This document shows positions 1 through 12,407 of a stretch of DNA of 64,000 bases, piece after piece. Under the pieces are notes generated by a model. It saw nothing but the letters and a program-made list of their open reading frames with translations. It ran no database searches and was not told where the DNA came from. A program made the position numbers and the translations under genes. Numbering within the stretch: the stretch's first letter is position 1; each line of letters opens with the position of its first letter. The DNA is from Felis catus (Eukaryota), in the NCBI RefSeq assembly GCF_018350175.1, contig NC_058368.1, forward strand, positions 10,292,001 through 10,356,000, written 5' to 3'.

Positions 1-851
1 GGATTTGGCAGAAGATTGTGGGAAAGAGAGAGCCATTGACCTTCTCTTTTCCAACTGTCTTATGCCACCACCTTCCCAGCCACTTTCAGGCAGAAGGGAC
101 ATCTTAGATGACATGGACAGGTCCCCAGGGGACACTCTGTGGAAAGTATGTGAGAGCAAGGGAGAAATGATGCCTCTACAGCACCAGGAGAAGCCAAGTC
201 TCTTCACATGGAAACTGTACCCCAATGAGGATGTTGAGGGACTGTGGCCGGGAGCTCTTTAAGCTCTCTGCAGCACTGCCCTCAAAAAACTCCATTTTGG
301 TTTCTCATCTTTCTTAAGGATCCATATCCAAATCCTCCTTTCGAGGAGAGTAGGTGATCTAAATTCCTAACTGCATGTGTAAGCCGCAGATGGGAGCCCT
401 GTAGGAATCAAGTCAAGGGACAGCACACTCTGGAACTTAGAACTGAGCTGTTGGGAAGCCAAATCACCTTGGCCCAGAGCTGGTTTCCATTATCCCATTG
501 CCATCACCATTTCAGCCCCAAACAGGGCTCCCTGCAAACACTCCATTTGTCAGCTGTGTGGGGAGGTCAGGAAGCTGCTAGGATTATCACTTCCCTGGGG
601 AAGGTAGTAGAACTGACCCAAGGAGAGGCAGCACCTCTCTGGCTGACCTGTACACAGACTCCTGCCTGGAAGGATGCCCTGATCCTTGGGGCTGGGTCAT
701 GAGGTTCTAGGTGAGTCTCCATCGTGGGCAAGCACAGGAGGAGGAACCCGTCTGCATCCTCTGTCTTAGGGATCAGAGGAAGGAGAACTATCTATGGGTG
801 ATTGGGAATTTGATTTCTTACCCTGTCCCTCTCCATCTCTCTCCTTCTCAG

Positions 852-1018
852 AACCATGGGCACAAAGAGGACATCCTCTGTGTGGCTCAATGCCCACCTT
901 TTCTTCTCATGACTTCCAGTTACGACGGAGAGGTCATCATTTGGAACGCCATCTCAGGCCACATTTACTGCAAGCTGAACACTCCCAGCCCCTCTCATGG
1001 TTGCAGAAGAAAGAAAAG
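852..1018 (+). pseudogene. WDR95: WDR95-like exon A (167 nt; probable +1 frameshift near 1001)
   Basis: ttctcag|NHGHKEDILCVAQCPPFLLMTSSYDGEVIIWNAISGHIYCKLNTPSPSHG..AAAG|gtaggt; ends phase 2 whereas exon B needs phase 1. Confidence 0.85.
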
Positions 1019-4000
1019 GTAGGTGAGGGGCAGGCTCCATGGCCGTTCCGCACAGGCCCCAGCAGGCTTGGACTCCTGGCTCATCGGCTAAAGAAATCTC
1101 AGTTCTGGACAGCATCCAGGTGAGAAGGGATTAGCCTGGTTTCAGGTTTAACCTGTCAAATGGAAATTCCCAAAGCTGGGAGGGAGCTTAAGAGTTTAGC
1201 TAGCTCAGTCCATATCCCAGGCACTCATCCATCAGAGCCTATCTCACAGCCTTGCCCACTACCTTTGGGAGCCTTGTCTCATCCACTGTCCACATGAAGG
1301 ATTGTCTCTCCTGCTGAGCCCCTTGGTCTCTGCTACAGTGCCAATTTTAGCCCTGTGTCTTTAATACCACTCTTTATGGGCTCCTTTTCCCAGCTATCAC
1401 TCCTGTCCCCCATCCCACCTCAGACGTCATCTCCCGATGTGTCACTCAGCTGTGTGCCCTCACCACACGCTTAATGCCACCCTCACCACACGCATTAGCC
1501 CTTCGGGTGCCCCCAGGGTCCCACGATCCCCCACACGCCCCCACATGGATCAGTCCTTACTACTTGTATATTTTATTGCAAAACTTTTCCCCACTCTCCC
1601 ACCCCATTCTCTCTAATTTCTCTACCCTGGTTCCATTTCTTCAAGACCCCCTCTCTCTGCTAATGTGATCATGGGCCCATTCATTCACATCTTCATTCAA
1701 AACATATTGATGAGCTCCTGCTATGTGCAGGTCCAGGGCTGGGTCCTGGGGCTGGTAACCACACCCCTCTCCCTCCAAGTCATGAACCATTTGAAAAACA
1801 CACTAATCTATCAGTTTCATGGCTGGCTGTGCTGGATGGAAAACCGTGGGAACCCACAGCCGCCAAAGGCTTCCTACCAGTCCTTGCCCTTCCTCCAGAG
1901 TCCAGGCTTATTTTTCCCAAGTCGCAGTCTGCAGCCACTCATCTGCCAACAGCCAGGGGACCCACTACCTCATACCCATGGAGCCCCAACAGGGGAGACA
2001 CAAGGCACTGGTGATTTTGCATAAAACTGGTAAGTTCTTGCATTTCCTGAAACCCAAGCAGCAAACCTTCAGAGAACCCTACCCTGCAATCCCTGCTTTA
2101 GGCATTTGATAACTTACTAGCCAAGGAAAAGTTCTAATGACTTACTTGATCAGAAAATATCTTTGAACCATTCCCATGGGCATAACCCTGAGGGAGATGC
2201 ATAGAAAAGATGAGAGAGAGATGCGAGGCCTGACCCTGCCTTCAGGGGGCTCACAGTCTAAATTCAGAGGCAAGATATGAATGCCCAGTAAGTAAGATAA
2301 TGGTAAAGCAACGTGATCAGCCTCTGGACTGCGAGAGAGACACTCCGGAAGGCAGCGGCTAGCAACGGAAACCACTAAGCACCATGAGATTAAAAAGAAA
2401 TTCTTACCTATAGACTTATTATCCAGTCTATTCCTACCCCCTTTACTATAACAGAAAAGATTCTTCTATGAAGCTCTTTCCCAGAGTGCCTAAAAGTTTT
2501 AAAAACCTTTGGGGAAAAAGTGATGGCATTTCCTTCTGAAAGATTATTTTCATTGCCATTAAAATGAAAATAAAGTCACTGGCCAAGAATGCGATGTTGA
2601 CCTTTTAGCCAGCAGCTCTAATTTAAAACCCTGTTTGCAGCAGCATTTATTGCTTCAAGTTATGTGACTGTTGGCTTTGAGAAACTCCTTTTCTGCTCCC
2701 CAAATGCAAAGCCAGCCATCGTTACCAATAATTCACATTTCTACATTGCAAAAAACGAGGTGAAAGTATGTGAAAGCTCCCCACCCTTCCAGGAAAGAGC
2801 AGTCCTGGCTCTTCTGGAAGGTCAAAGAGCCCAGTGGTCTTTTTCACATGGGATTGGTTAAGAGGTCATCATCTTATTTGGAAAACTGTCTGGACAATTC
2901 TTCTGAAGTCATTCTTAGTAGAGAGGGGAGCTGAGAGAGAGAGAGGCAATTGAGCAGGCAAAGCCAAATGAACTGAAAACACATCCTTTCTGCTGACTTT
3001 CCAACATTTTAGCTTCGTTCTTCCTTATATTCGGGATCGTTACATCTTCCTTCACAACAAAGAGAAAGAATTTGAGAGTGAAAGAGAGAGGCAGATTTCA
3101 ACCAGGCTAAAATCCAGGAAAGCAGTGAGCTCACTGGGAGACTAAGGCTTTTTCTCTCTGCTCCTCCGCTTCCCTTTCCTCCCCCTCCCTCCCCTCTGCC
3201 TCCTTTCCTCCTCCTCTTTGTTTATTGTGGTAAAACACACACACACCAAAACTTAAAGTTGGGTGGTATTAAACACAATCACGTGGCTGCGCACCATCAC
3301 CACTTCCTGTCCGCAGAACCTTTCATCATATCCAACCGAAACTGTCACCCCTAAACACTAACTCCCTATTCTCCCCTCCCCGCATCCCCTGCAACCACCA
3401 TGATACTTTCTATTTTTACGATTTTGACTACCATAGGTCCTTCGTGTAAGTGGAATCATACGGTATGTGTCTTTTTTGTGACTGCCTTATTTGGCTTAAT
3501 GTAATGTCCTCAAGTTTCACCCTGTTGCAGCATATCACAGAATTTCCTTCCTTTTTAAGGCTGAATAATATTCCATTGTGGGTGTACCACAGTCTGCTTA
3601 TCCCTTCTCCCATTAGTAGCCGCTTGGGTTGCTTCTGCATTTTAGCCACTGTGAATAGCGTTGCCGTGAGCATGGGTGTGCCGGTATCCCTCCAAGACCC
3701 TGCTTTTCAGTTCTTTTGGGTACACGTCCAGAAGTAGAATTACTGGATCGTGTGGCAGTTTTATTTTAGATTTTTTGAGGAACCTCTGTACTGTTTTCCA
3801 CAGTGGTTCTGTCATTCTCCATGGCCACCGACAGTGCACAGGTTTCCAAGTTCTCCACGTTCTCACCAACCCTTGTTATTTCATTTGTTTGTTTGTTTGT
3901 TTGTCTTAATAGCCATCTTAATGGGTATGAGGGGGTATCTCATTATGATTTTGATTTGCATTGTCTTAAAGATCAGTGATGTTGAGCATCTTTTCATGTG

Positions 4001-4199
4001 CATGTCAGCCACTTGTATATCTTTATTGGAAAAACATCTGTTCAAGTCCTTTGCCCATTTTTGAATCAGGTTGTTTGGGGTTTTTTTCTTGTTGTTGCTG
4101 AGTTTTAGAAGTTCTCTATATATTCTGGATATGAATCCCTTACCAGATATGTGATTTGCAAATATTTTCTCTCATTCTTTTTTAAAAAAAAAAAAAATT

Positions 4200-4436
4200 G
4201 GGGGGCGCCTGGGTGGCGCAGTCGGTTAAGCGTCTGACTTCAGCCAGGTCACGATCTCGCGGTCCGTGAGTTCGAGCCCCGTGTCGGGCTCTGGGCTGAT
4301 GGCTCAGAGCCTGGAGCCTGTTTCCGATTCTGTGTCTCCCTCTCTCTCTGCCCCTCCCCCATTCATGCTCTCTCTCTGTCCCAAAAAATAAATAAACGTT
4401 GAAAAAAAATTAAAAAAAAAATAAAAATAAAAAATA
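4200..4436 (+). mobile_element. Feline CanSINE (SINEC_Fc type)
   Basis: GGGGCGCCTGGGTGGCGCAGTCGGTTAAGCG head, (CT)n tract, AATAAA and A tail. Confidence 0.95.
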
Positions 4437-4649
4437 ATTTTTTTTTAACGTTTATTTATTTTTGAGACAGAGAGAGACAGAGCATGAACGGGGGAGGGGC
4501 AGAGAGAGAGGGAGACACAGAACTGGAAGCAGGCTCCAGGCTCTGAGCCATCAGCCCAGAGCCCGACACGGGGCTCGAACTCACGGACTGTGAGATCGTG
4601 ACCTGGGCTGAAGTCGGACGCTTAACCGACTGAGCCACCCAGGAGCCCC
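4437..4649 (-). mobile_element. Feline CanSINE
   Basis: Reverse-complement SINE; 16-bp TSD TATTTTCTCTCATTCT at 4163-4178 and 4650-4665. Confidence 0.95.
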
Positions 4650-5819
4650 TATTTTCTCTCATTCTATAGGTTGCCCTTTTACCCTGGGTAGTGTCTTCTG
4701 ATGTACATTTTTCAAAATTTTCACAAAGTCCAAATTGTCTATTTTTAATTTTGTCCCTGTGCCTTTAGTGTCATAGCCCAGAAATCATTGCCACATTCAA
4801 CGTCATGAAATTTTTGGCCTGTGTTTTCTTCCAAGAGTTTTTCTCGTTTAGGTTTTACGTTTAGTCCTCTGATCTATTTTGAGTTAATTTTTGTATATGG
4901 CGTTAGATAAGGGTCCAACTTCATCCATTTGCATGTGGATATTCCAGTTTCCCCACACCATTTGTTGAAAAGACTCTCTTTTCCCCATTGAACAATCTGG
5001 GCACCCTTGTCAAATATCATTTGACCATAAACGTCAGGGTTCATTTTGGGGATCTTTATTCTATTCCATTCATCTACATGTCTGTCTTTATACCAGTGCC
5101 ACACTGTTTTGATTCCTGTGGTTTTACAATAAATGTTAAAATCAAAAAGTGTGAGTCTTTCAATTTTGCTCTTTTTTTTTTCAAGATTAGAAAAATCTTG
5201 AAAAAATTTTGGCTATCCGGGGTCCTTGAGATCCCATACGAATTTTAGGATAGGTATTCTATTTCTTTAAAATCATCACTGGGATTTTGATAGAGATTGC
5301 ATTGAGTCTGTAGATCACTTTGGGTAGTATTCACAATATTAAGTCTGCCAATCCACGAACATGGATATGTTTCCATTTATTTAGGTTATCAATTTCTTTC
5401 ATAACATAAATAAATGTTTTGAATTTATTTGTCGTTTTCGTTGTATAAGTCTTTCATTTCCTTAGTTAATTCCTAAGTGTTTTATTCTTTTTTAATCTAC
5501 TGGGGTTGTTTTTGCAATTTCCTTTTCAGAGTGTTTCTTGTCTGTGTATAGAAATGCACAGATTTTTGTGTGTTGACTTTGTATCCTGCTATTACGCTGA
5601 ATTCATTTATTAGTTCTTAGATACTAAGGCTTTTTAACTAGGAAAACAATATAATAATATTTTCTTGTTTGTAAATAATGATATTTGTCTATTATAACAA
5701 TATAACATTTCATAAATATAATAACTTAAATAGTATCTACTATTTAATAATAGAATTATAATTAATATAACAATATAAAAATATTATATAAATAATATAT
5801 TTAATCCTGTATGTATTTT

Positions 5820-5935
5820 CCTGAGTGCTTTTAATATTTTACCTCATTTAGCATTCACATTAACCCTAAGAGATAGGTGCTATTGTACCCGTTTTCACAG
5901 ATGAGGAAACTGAGGCCAGAGAGTTCAGTAACAAT
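5820..5935. mobile_element. MIR fragment
   Basis: Core CCCGTTTTCACAGATGAGGAAACTGAGGC. Confidence 0.7.
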
Positions 5936-6454
5936 GATTATGAAAGCTACCATTTGTTGAGCATCTCTGTGCCATGAACTGTAGGTTCATTGTCCCCTTT
6001 CAGCTATCTCTGCAAGGTCATGTAGCGCAATTCACATAGTGTCTCACTTACTCCTGGCCAAACTCTATGAAATAGGAAGTATTGTCTCCATATCACAGAT
6101 GAAGAAGATTGAGGTTTAGGGAAGTGAAATGCTCCCTGAGGAAAGTAGGAAAGTGCCATGCAGACCCATTTCTTGGGACTGCAGGCCCTCTGCAGGATGA
6201 ATGTGGGCAAAGTGAAGGGACTTTATCTTTGTTGCATATCCCCCTCTTTTACCTGCCCCCCATCTTGCCCCCCCCCCTTGTGTCAATAATCCCAAGGACG
6301 TGATAAACTGAGAGTAAGGTAACACTTAGCCTAATCACTGTAGGTATATCCCAGGCATTGGGTACGGGCAAGAGCCATACCGCCATGTGGGTGGACCCTC
6401 CATCCTGCTTCTAAGAATCCTCAGCCTTCCAAAGACAAGTACAAAATCCAATAT

Positions 6455-6675
6455 CAAGGGCATGGGCTTTGGATGTGAACACATCTGGGTTTGAATCTCA
6501 GCCCTTCTATGATTAACTTGTGTGCCTTAGGCAATGTAATTCTTTCTAAAACAGTCTCACCACCTGCCAAATCAGAAACATAATGTCTACCTAAGATTGT
6601 TGTGATGATTAAAGTACAGGAATGTTGAGAACATGCCTAGAACATGCCTGGCACATAGAAAGTGTCCACTAAATA
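6455..6675. mobile_element. MIR fragment
   Basis: CTGGGTTTGAATCTCAGC..TGTGCCTTAGGCAA..GTTGTGATGATTAAA..CCTGGCACATAG. Confidence 0.65.
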
Positions 6676-7550
6676 GATAATCTTAATTAGAATCATTTTC
6701 TGCTTGAGGGCATGGCCTGAGTCTATCATGTCCACTGTGGTGAGCTCAGAGGCCAAAATAAGTATTGCTGGATGATTAACAGCCTGGTTCACGGGTATCC
6801 CCATGGTAGTGAGACAGCACCCCTTGTATTTAACTTCAGCACCAGCCCCATTATTTATATAGTCCCTTATTTACATGAGACCATTCATGGCACCTTCAGT
6901 CTGGGCCACGTACCCCGATGCCCACAGACTCAAGGAGAAAAACGTAAAGAGAGCTCCTTGCTCACAACCTCAAGTAGCAACGCTCTTTGTGGTTCTCACA
7001 GGTTTCATCTAAGTTTGCAGGATTTTTATTCAACAGCAAATATTTGAGTTCTATGTAGTAAGCATGGTGAGAGGATTTACAGATAAGTGGCTTTAAAAAA
7101 AGACAGATGTGGCTCCTGTGTCGATGGTGCTTAAAGTATAGCAGGGGGAGTGGAAGACCAGGAGGAAGCAGGGAGGTGGACTTAGAACGTATCCCAACCC
7201 TTGGCTGTACAGAGAAGATAGAGTTTGATGACTTTTCCTAGACAGCCCTCTCTGCCCAGTGCCCGAGACATCTTTCAAGATTCCAGATTCAATGCTGCTT
7301 CCCCTCAGATGCCTTCTCTGACCTCTCCCTTCTCCATACACAACAAGTCCCGTCCTGCATGTGCCAGCAGCATCCTGTTCGTTCCTGGGAGTAGTTCTTT
7401 TGCCTCAGTGTGGCCCTCTGCCTCTCCTTCTATCCACTGCTCTCAGCACAACGTCGGGGCTGTACCAGAGATTTAACACATGTTCATCAAAAACAAGTGA
7501 ATGAAAGAATGGACATCTTTTTGGCCTTGAGCAAAGCTTTTGACTTTTCT

Positions 7551-7772
7551 TTTTTTTAAATTTTTTTTTCAACGTTTATTTATTTTTGGGACAGAGAGAG
7601 ACAGAGCATGAACGGGGGAGGGGCAGAGAGAGAGGGAGACACAGAATTGGAAACAGGCTCCAGGCTCTGAGCCATCAGCCCAGAGCCTGACGCGGGGCTC
7701 GAACTCCCGGACCGCGAGATCGTGACCTGGCTGAAGTCGGACGCTTAACCGACTGCGCCACCCAGGCACCCC
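7551..7772 (-). mobile_element. Feline CanSINE
   Basis: TSD AGCTTTTGACTTTTCT at 7535-7550 and 7773-7788. Confidence 0.95.
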
Positions 7773-8060
7773 AGCTTTTGACTTTTCTAAGTCTCCACTT
7801 TCTCTCTGACCATGGGACTAATAATCCAGTACCATAGGATTTCACATGGTTTTATATCTTGGTAAATGTAAGAGGTGACATAATGGTTAATTCATATTAT
7901 TTCAATCCAAGAATTTCTAGGGAGTGGGGACTTCTTGAGAAGCACCTGTAAAGTCCTGGGCAAAGCCTCCCAAATCCTTGTTTCTCTCCAAAAGTCCTAG
8001 GGTCCTGGGCGATGCCAGGGCCATCTGCCTTCACACCTGACTTTACCTGGGTTGGTTCTT

Positions 8061-8293
8061 TTTATTTAAAATTTTTTTTAATGTTTATTTATTTTTGACA
8101 GAGAGAGAGAGAGAGAGAGAGACAGAGCATGAGGGGGGAGGGGCAGAGAGAGAGGGAGACACAGAATCTGAAGCAGGCTCCAGGCTCTGAGCTGTCAGCA
8201 CAGAGCCCGATGCAGGGTTCAAACTCATGGACTGTGAGATCATGACCCGAGCTGAAGTCGGACGCTCAACAGACGGAGCCATCCAGGCGCCCC
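8061..8293 (-). mobile_element. Feline CanSINE
   Basis: TSD TACCTGGGTTGGTTCTT at 8044-8060 and 8294-8310. Confidence 0.95.
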
Positions 8294-8461
8294 TACCTGG
8301 GTTGGTTCTTAACCAGCGAGGACGCCAGCATGTCCACGCCCCTATGTGCACAGCTCCTGCTTCAGGCCCATGGTGGGGGAGGGGGTGTGCTGGGGGGCAG
8401 AGCTACAGAAGAAGGTGGGAGAAAGGGCTGTGAGCACACCCAAACTCTCCCTGGTCACCAG

Positions 8462-8557
8462 GCCCAGATCGGAGCGTTTCCTGTCTTGCCCTCTTGAAGA
8501 CTTGAGCAGCCAAGTTTGAATCAGTGGCCACTTCCTTAATCACCAATGGGCCCCAAG
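8462..8557 (+). pseudogene. WDR95: WDR95-like exon B (96 nt) with in-frame TGA at 8503-8505
   Basis: ccag|(G)PDRSVSCLALLKT*AAKFESVATSLITNGPQ(G)|gtaaga. Confidence 0.8.
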
Positions 8558-9917
8558 GTAAGAATAGCTTCCCACAGGGGCTGTGCTGCTCTTTTCTAAT
8601 ATTTGGCCACTGCAGGCCTGGATCTGGAAAGGGAGGGTCCCTAAGCACTCACTACTCCCCTCCACAACCTCTGCTATCTCTCCTTCCAGACTCTCTGTCC
8701 TTGGAGCCCAGGCTGACTAAGGCCCTTACCCTACCTGCTCTGGCCCCGGTCCTGCCAGCCAGGGAGGTGATCACCCAGGGAGTGAGGGCCTGACTCTCAC
8801 TTCCTCCAAATCAAGTTTCCTCGCCTCAGCTGCCCACTCAGAGGCCTCTACAAGTGAAGTGGGTCACCGAGGACATCATGTAGTCAGGCTAAATGAACAC
8901 CAAGCACAGCCTTTTAAGGGGAGAGCCACGAGTAAGCACAGGCAGCCTGACGGAAGAGCCTTAAGAAGAACAAAGCATCCTAAGTGTAGATCAGCTATGT
9001 ATCCTGCTCGTTTTAGGAGGAAGAAGCCAGGGCTCCCCTGAGAGCCTGAGGATGAGCTTCTGAATCCAGATCTGCCACAAGTGGGCCACAGTCCTGCTCC
9101 AAAGCTCCAGGATTTTAATTAAAATTGTGAGATGAAAAACAGCCAGCCACCTGTGTTGCAGAGGGGAAGCTCAAGTTGTGTGTACGGATCCCGGGGTGGT
9201 CATTCGCGTTCTCGTTAGGTAGTAAGGGAGGCTATGTCCTCTGGACTTTGGACCCATGGCCCCAGCCCCAAAGATGCAGATGCCCTTGGATGCTCCTCTC
9301 CACCCTCCACACTGAGGCATCCATGGCTTCTGCTTTGCCTGGTGGGATCACAGAGCCCCGTTGGCCCTAAGAGGAGGAAACTTCAACCTCGTAATTTAGG
9401 GAACTCCCAAGAGCAAGTGATATGCATGGGGTCCCCACTTCACAAAGGCTTGCTACACGAACACCCATGTGTAAAACACATTCAAGAATTGTGGCTGATA
9501 GGCGACAAAGACCCCCCTGGCCCAAGAATCCCTTTGACTAAGCAGGCCCCACAGTGTGTTTAAAATAAGTACTTACACACACATGCATGTGCGTGCACAC
9601 ACACGCGCGCGCGCACACACACACTGATTATTGCCACAGCTCTAACTTCCAGACCTTTCCTCCATAGCCGAATCTGCCCTTCTCATCAGGAAAGTTGCCT
9701 AGATTAGTGGAGACAGAAAAGGCCACGGAGCCCTTTGATTCAAAACCCACGAAGAGGACCCTCTTCCCCTATATTCACGGATAATTCTAGCCACGGGTAT
9801 AAGAAGAGGCCCCTGCTGTCACGAGGCTGCAGTGCCTGGCAGCAAAGTCTCAGGAGACTCGGAGGCACAGGCGAAGTGCACACCCCCGGTGGTCTTCCTG
9901 CTCTCCTCTCCTCACAG

Positions 9918-9983
9918 GTTCTGTCACCTTCTGGAGGCTCTTCGGTGTTCGGTGGGGCCCGTCCCATTGCAAACCTCACTCCT
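9918..9983 (+). pseudogene. WDR95: WDR95-like exon C with 7-bp duplication and dead donor
   Basis: ctcacag|(G)SVTFWRLF[TTCGGTG x2]GGARPIANLTP|ataagt. Confidence 0.78.
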
Positions 9984-10039
9984 ATAAGTTGGACAGTCGA
10001 TTGGAAATAACTTCCACGCTTGGGGTTTGTTTTTTTTTT

Positions 10040-10262
10040 TCCTTAAAAAAATTTTTTTTAATGTTTATTTATTTTTGAGAGAGATAGAGAGACAGAGTGC
10101 GAGCAGGGGAGGGGCAGAGAGAGAGGGAGACACCGAATCCGAAGCAGGCTCCAGGTTCTGAGCTGTCAGCACAGAGCCCGACTCGGGGCTCGAACTCACT
10201 TCTGTGAGATCGTGATCTGAGCTGAAGTCGGACGCTTAACTAGCTGAACCACCAGGCGCCCC
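10040..10262 (-). mobile_element. Feline CanSINE
   Basis: Poly-T, (GA)n tract and tRNA-derived head in reverse; short TGTTTTTTT flanks. Confidence 0.92.
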
Positions 10263-10457
10263 TGTTTTTTTCTTTATCGACACTAGCCTGACTGTGCAAC
10301 ACAGCGACTCTTCTGGGCTCCAAGTTTTTAGCTTGATTATCTATATAGCATACCCTATCTTGCTGAAAGATTAACACAGGCACAGTGATGAGTTCTTACT
10401 GCAAATGGGATGCAGCATTCCACTTGCCATTGTCTGACAAGTCAGCTTTATCGGCAA

Positions 10458-10483
10458 TGGGCCCCGTGTGCATCTGTGATGGG

Positions 10484-10522
<39 letters not shown>

Positions 10523-10566
10523 ATGGACCCAATGTGTGTGTGTGTGATGGACCATGTGCATGTGTT
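10458..10566. repeat. (TG)n microsatellite within a degenerate GATGGRCC-(TG)n repeat
   Basis: About four ATGGRCC motifs separated by TG runs; longest run ~16 TG. Confidence 0.85.
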
Positions 10567-10572
10567 TTTCAG

Positions 10573-10714
10573 TCCAGAGACAAAGCACAGGTCAGCAGCA
10601 TCACAGTGACAGCAAGAGATGCCCTCGCCTACGTGGCCGACCAGGAAGGCTTTGTGCACGTCTATGACATCAAAGAATATGGCCTGCAGGGACCCGAGCT
10701 GCAGTCCCCCAAGA
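10573..10714 (+). pseudogene. WDR95: WDR95-like exon D (142 nt)
   Basis: ttttcag|SRDKAQVSSITVTARDALAYVADQEGFVHVYDIKEYGLQGPELQSPK|gtagac (weak donor). Confidence 0.82.
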
Positions 10715-10869
10715 GTAGACAATAAACACTTCATGTTAAATACCATAATGAGCACAGCTTCAGTTTTAACTTAATATTCTGGTTGGTAAGATGAAATTGT
10801 ACCAGTGAGGATGGGGGGTAGGGGGAGGCGGTCTATAAAACCCTTTAAGAATGGGTTTAGAAACAAATA

Positions 10870-11470
10870 TTTTTAGCTTGGCAAGGATACAGGAAAATGG
10901 GCACTCCTATATGCTCTTGGCTAGGAAGCAAATTGGTGTATGCTATCGGAAGGGTAAGTTGACTCTACATATCGAAAGCTTCAAACCGGCAATCCTACTT
11001 CTAAGCATTTGGCCATAAGAAATAATAAGACATGCGCACAAAGATTTAATTATCAGGTGAATCAATACATTGTTTGTAAGGGAGAAAGAGAATAATTAGA
11101 AGCAACCTAGATATCCAACATAAGGAGAATTGATTCAGTACATGATGGTATGACAAATACACTGGAATACCATCCAATCTTTGAAGAGCAGTGCTGTCAA
11201 TGAAGGTGTATTCACAGGAAAAATATTCTCGGTAAATTATTAAATGAAAACATTCAGATCGCAAGACAACATTAAAGTATGAATCTTAAAAATAAAAAGA
11301 GTATGATTCTTTGTTAAAATGAAGAAATACGTAGATTGAAAGTCTGGAAAGACACACACCGAGGCTTTCACAAATGTTATCTCTTGGTAGATGAGATTAT
11401 AAATGTGCATTATTTTTTATTTTTGGAAATCTGTATTCCAGAAATTCTGTCTTATGGAAACATTGCTTTG
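10870..11470 (+). mobile_element. Degenerate old L1M fragment
   Basis: GGCAAGGATACAGGAAAATGGGCACTC..GCAATCCTACTTCT.. resembles L1 ORF2 end/3'UTR; A-rich. Confidence 0.5.
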
Positions 11471-11670
11471 GTGGTACAAAAATGTTTAAAAATTTAAAAC
11501 CCTCTCATACAATTATAAAAATGCTCAAGATTAGCAAAAAATCAGACAGCACAAAAGAATGGAAAATGAAAAGCACTAGTTGCTACTCTGACCTCTTTTA
11601 CCACCTGACCTGCCATTTCTGCCTCCTGGGAACACTGTGAATGAATCTTAATTTTCTTTCAGAAGGTTTC

Positions 11671-11674
<4 letters not shown>

Positions 11675-11720
<46 letters not shown>
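11675..11720. repeat. (TA)n microsatellite
   Basis: About 23 uninterrupted TA units. Confidence 0.95.
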
Positions 11721-11723
<3 letters not shown>

Positions 11724-12367
11724 GGGCACCTATATCCCACTACATAATTTCCAGAACTTGTTTTTTACCTTTGCATCCCTTAGACAACTTTCCAAAAAAG
11801 CACATGTAACTCCATTCAGCATATTTAGAATCTAACATATTTAAATGGCTATATAGAATCCCAATAAACACGTTTCTGGAAGGCCAATATAGAGGTGAAT
11901 ACAGACTTCCATTTAGTCACCTTTTCCTGTTCCCCACAGAAGTTTAAACGCTACAGCAAGAGAAATTGGAATTTAGAAGTAAGAGCCACCTGCCTAGCCT
12001 CCGTCTTCTATTCCAAGTACTGGGTGCATAGCACTTGCCAGCCTACTTTACCAATCACTTTTGATTACTTGTCTACTCCTGCGTGCTTTCCAAACCCTAA
12101 GCACTGAGGGAAACCATAGCATAAGCAGCTTGCAAGGGACCCATTTTATATGTCTTTGGACCTGGCACGGGGTCTTTCACGTAGCTAGGTGCTCAATAAA
12201 CACTTAGCAGTTAGTGTAGCAAAACCAATGACTGCCACACGGGTACCTCTCCCTTGCTGGACACTCATCCAGATCTGACCCCATCCCATGAAACTGCTGT
12301 ATGGCATCTAACATTGTGGTGATTAATTCTCCCACTGTACTCAGGTGTGTTCTTTCTTTTGATTTAG

Positions 12368-12407
12368 ATGTGACCTTCCGCACGGCCCATGTCAGTGTTG
12401 TGACGTT
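12368..12407 (+). pseudogene. WDR95: WDR95-like exon E (40 nt)
   Basis: tttag|(N)VTFRTAHVSVVT|gtgagt; phases 1/2 bridge exons D and F exactly. Confidence 0.75.

Larger units (their letters stand above)
3220..5620 (-). mobile_element. LINE-1 3' fragment (ORF2 end + 3'UTR), interrupted by a SINE pair
   Basis: ORF2-like peptide WYKDRHVDEWNRI...IFDKGA...WGKESLFNKWC...KLDPYLTPYTKINSK at 4874-5104. Confidence 0.9.

Noticed and set aside
4200..4290. tRNA genes at SINE heads
   Set aside because: These are the tRNA-derived heads of CanSINEs, followed by CT tracts and A tails.
4874..5104. Reverse-transcriptase-related ORF as an active element
   Set aside because: Short degraded L1 ORF2 C-terminal remnant, 5'-truncated and SINE-interrupted.
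5640..5805. Very AT-rich tract as an origin or matrix attachment region
   Set aside because: Low-complexity sequence between an L1 end and a MIR; no specific evidence.
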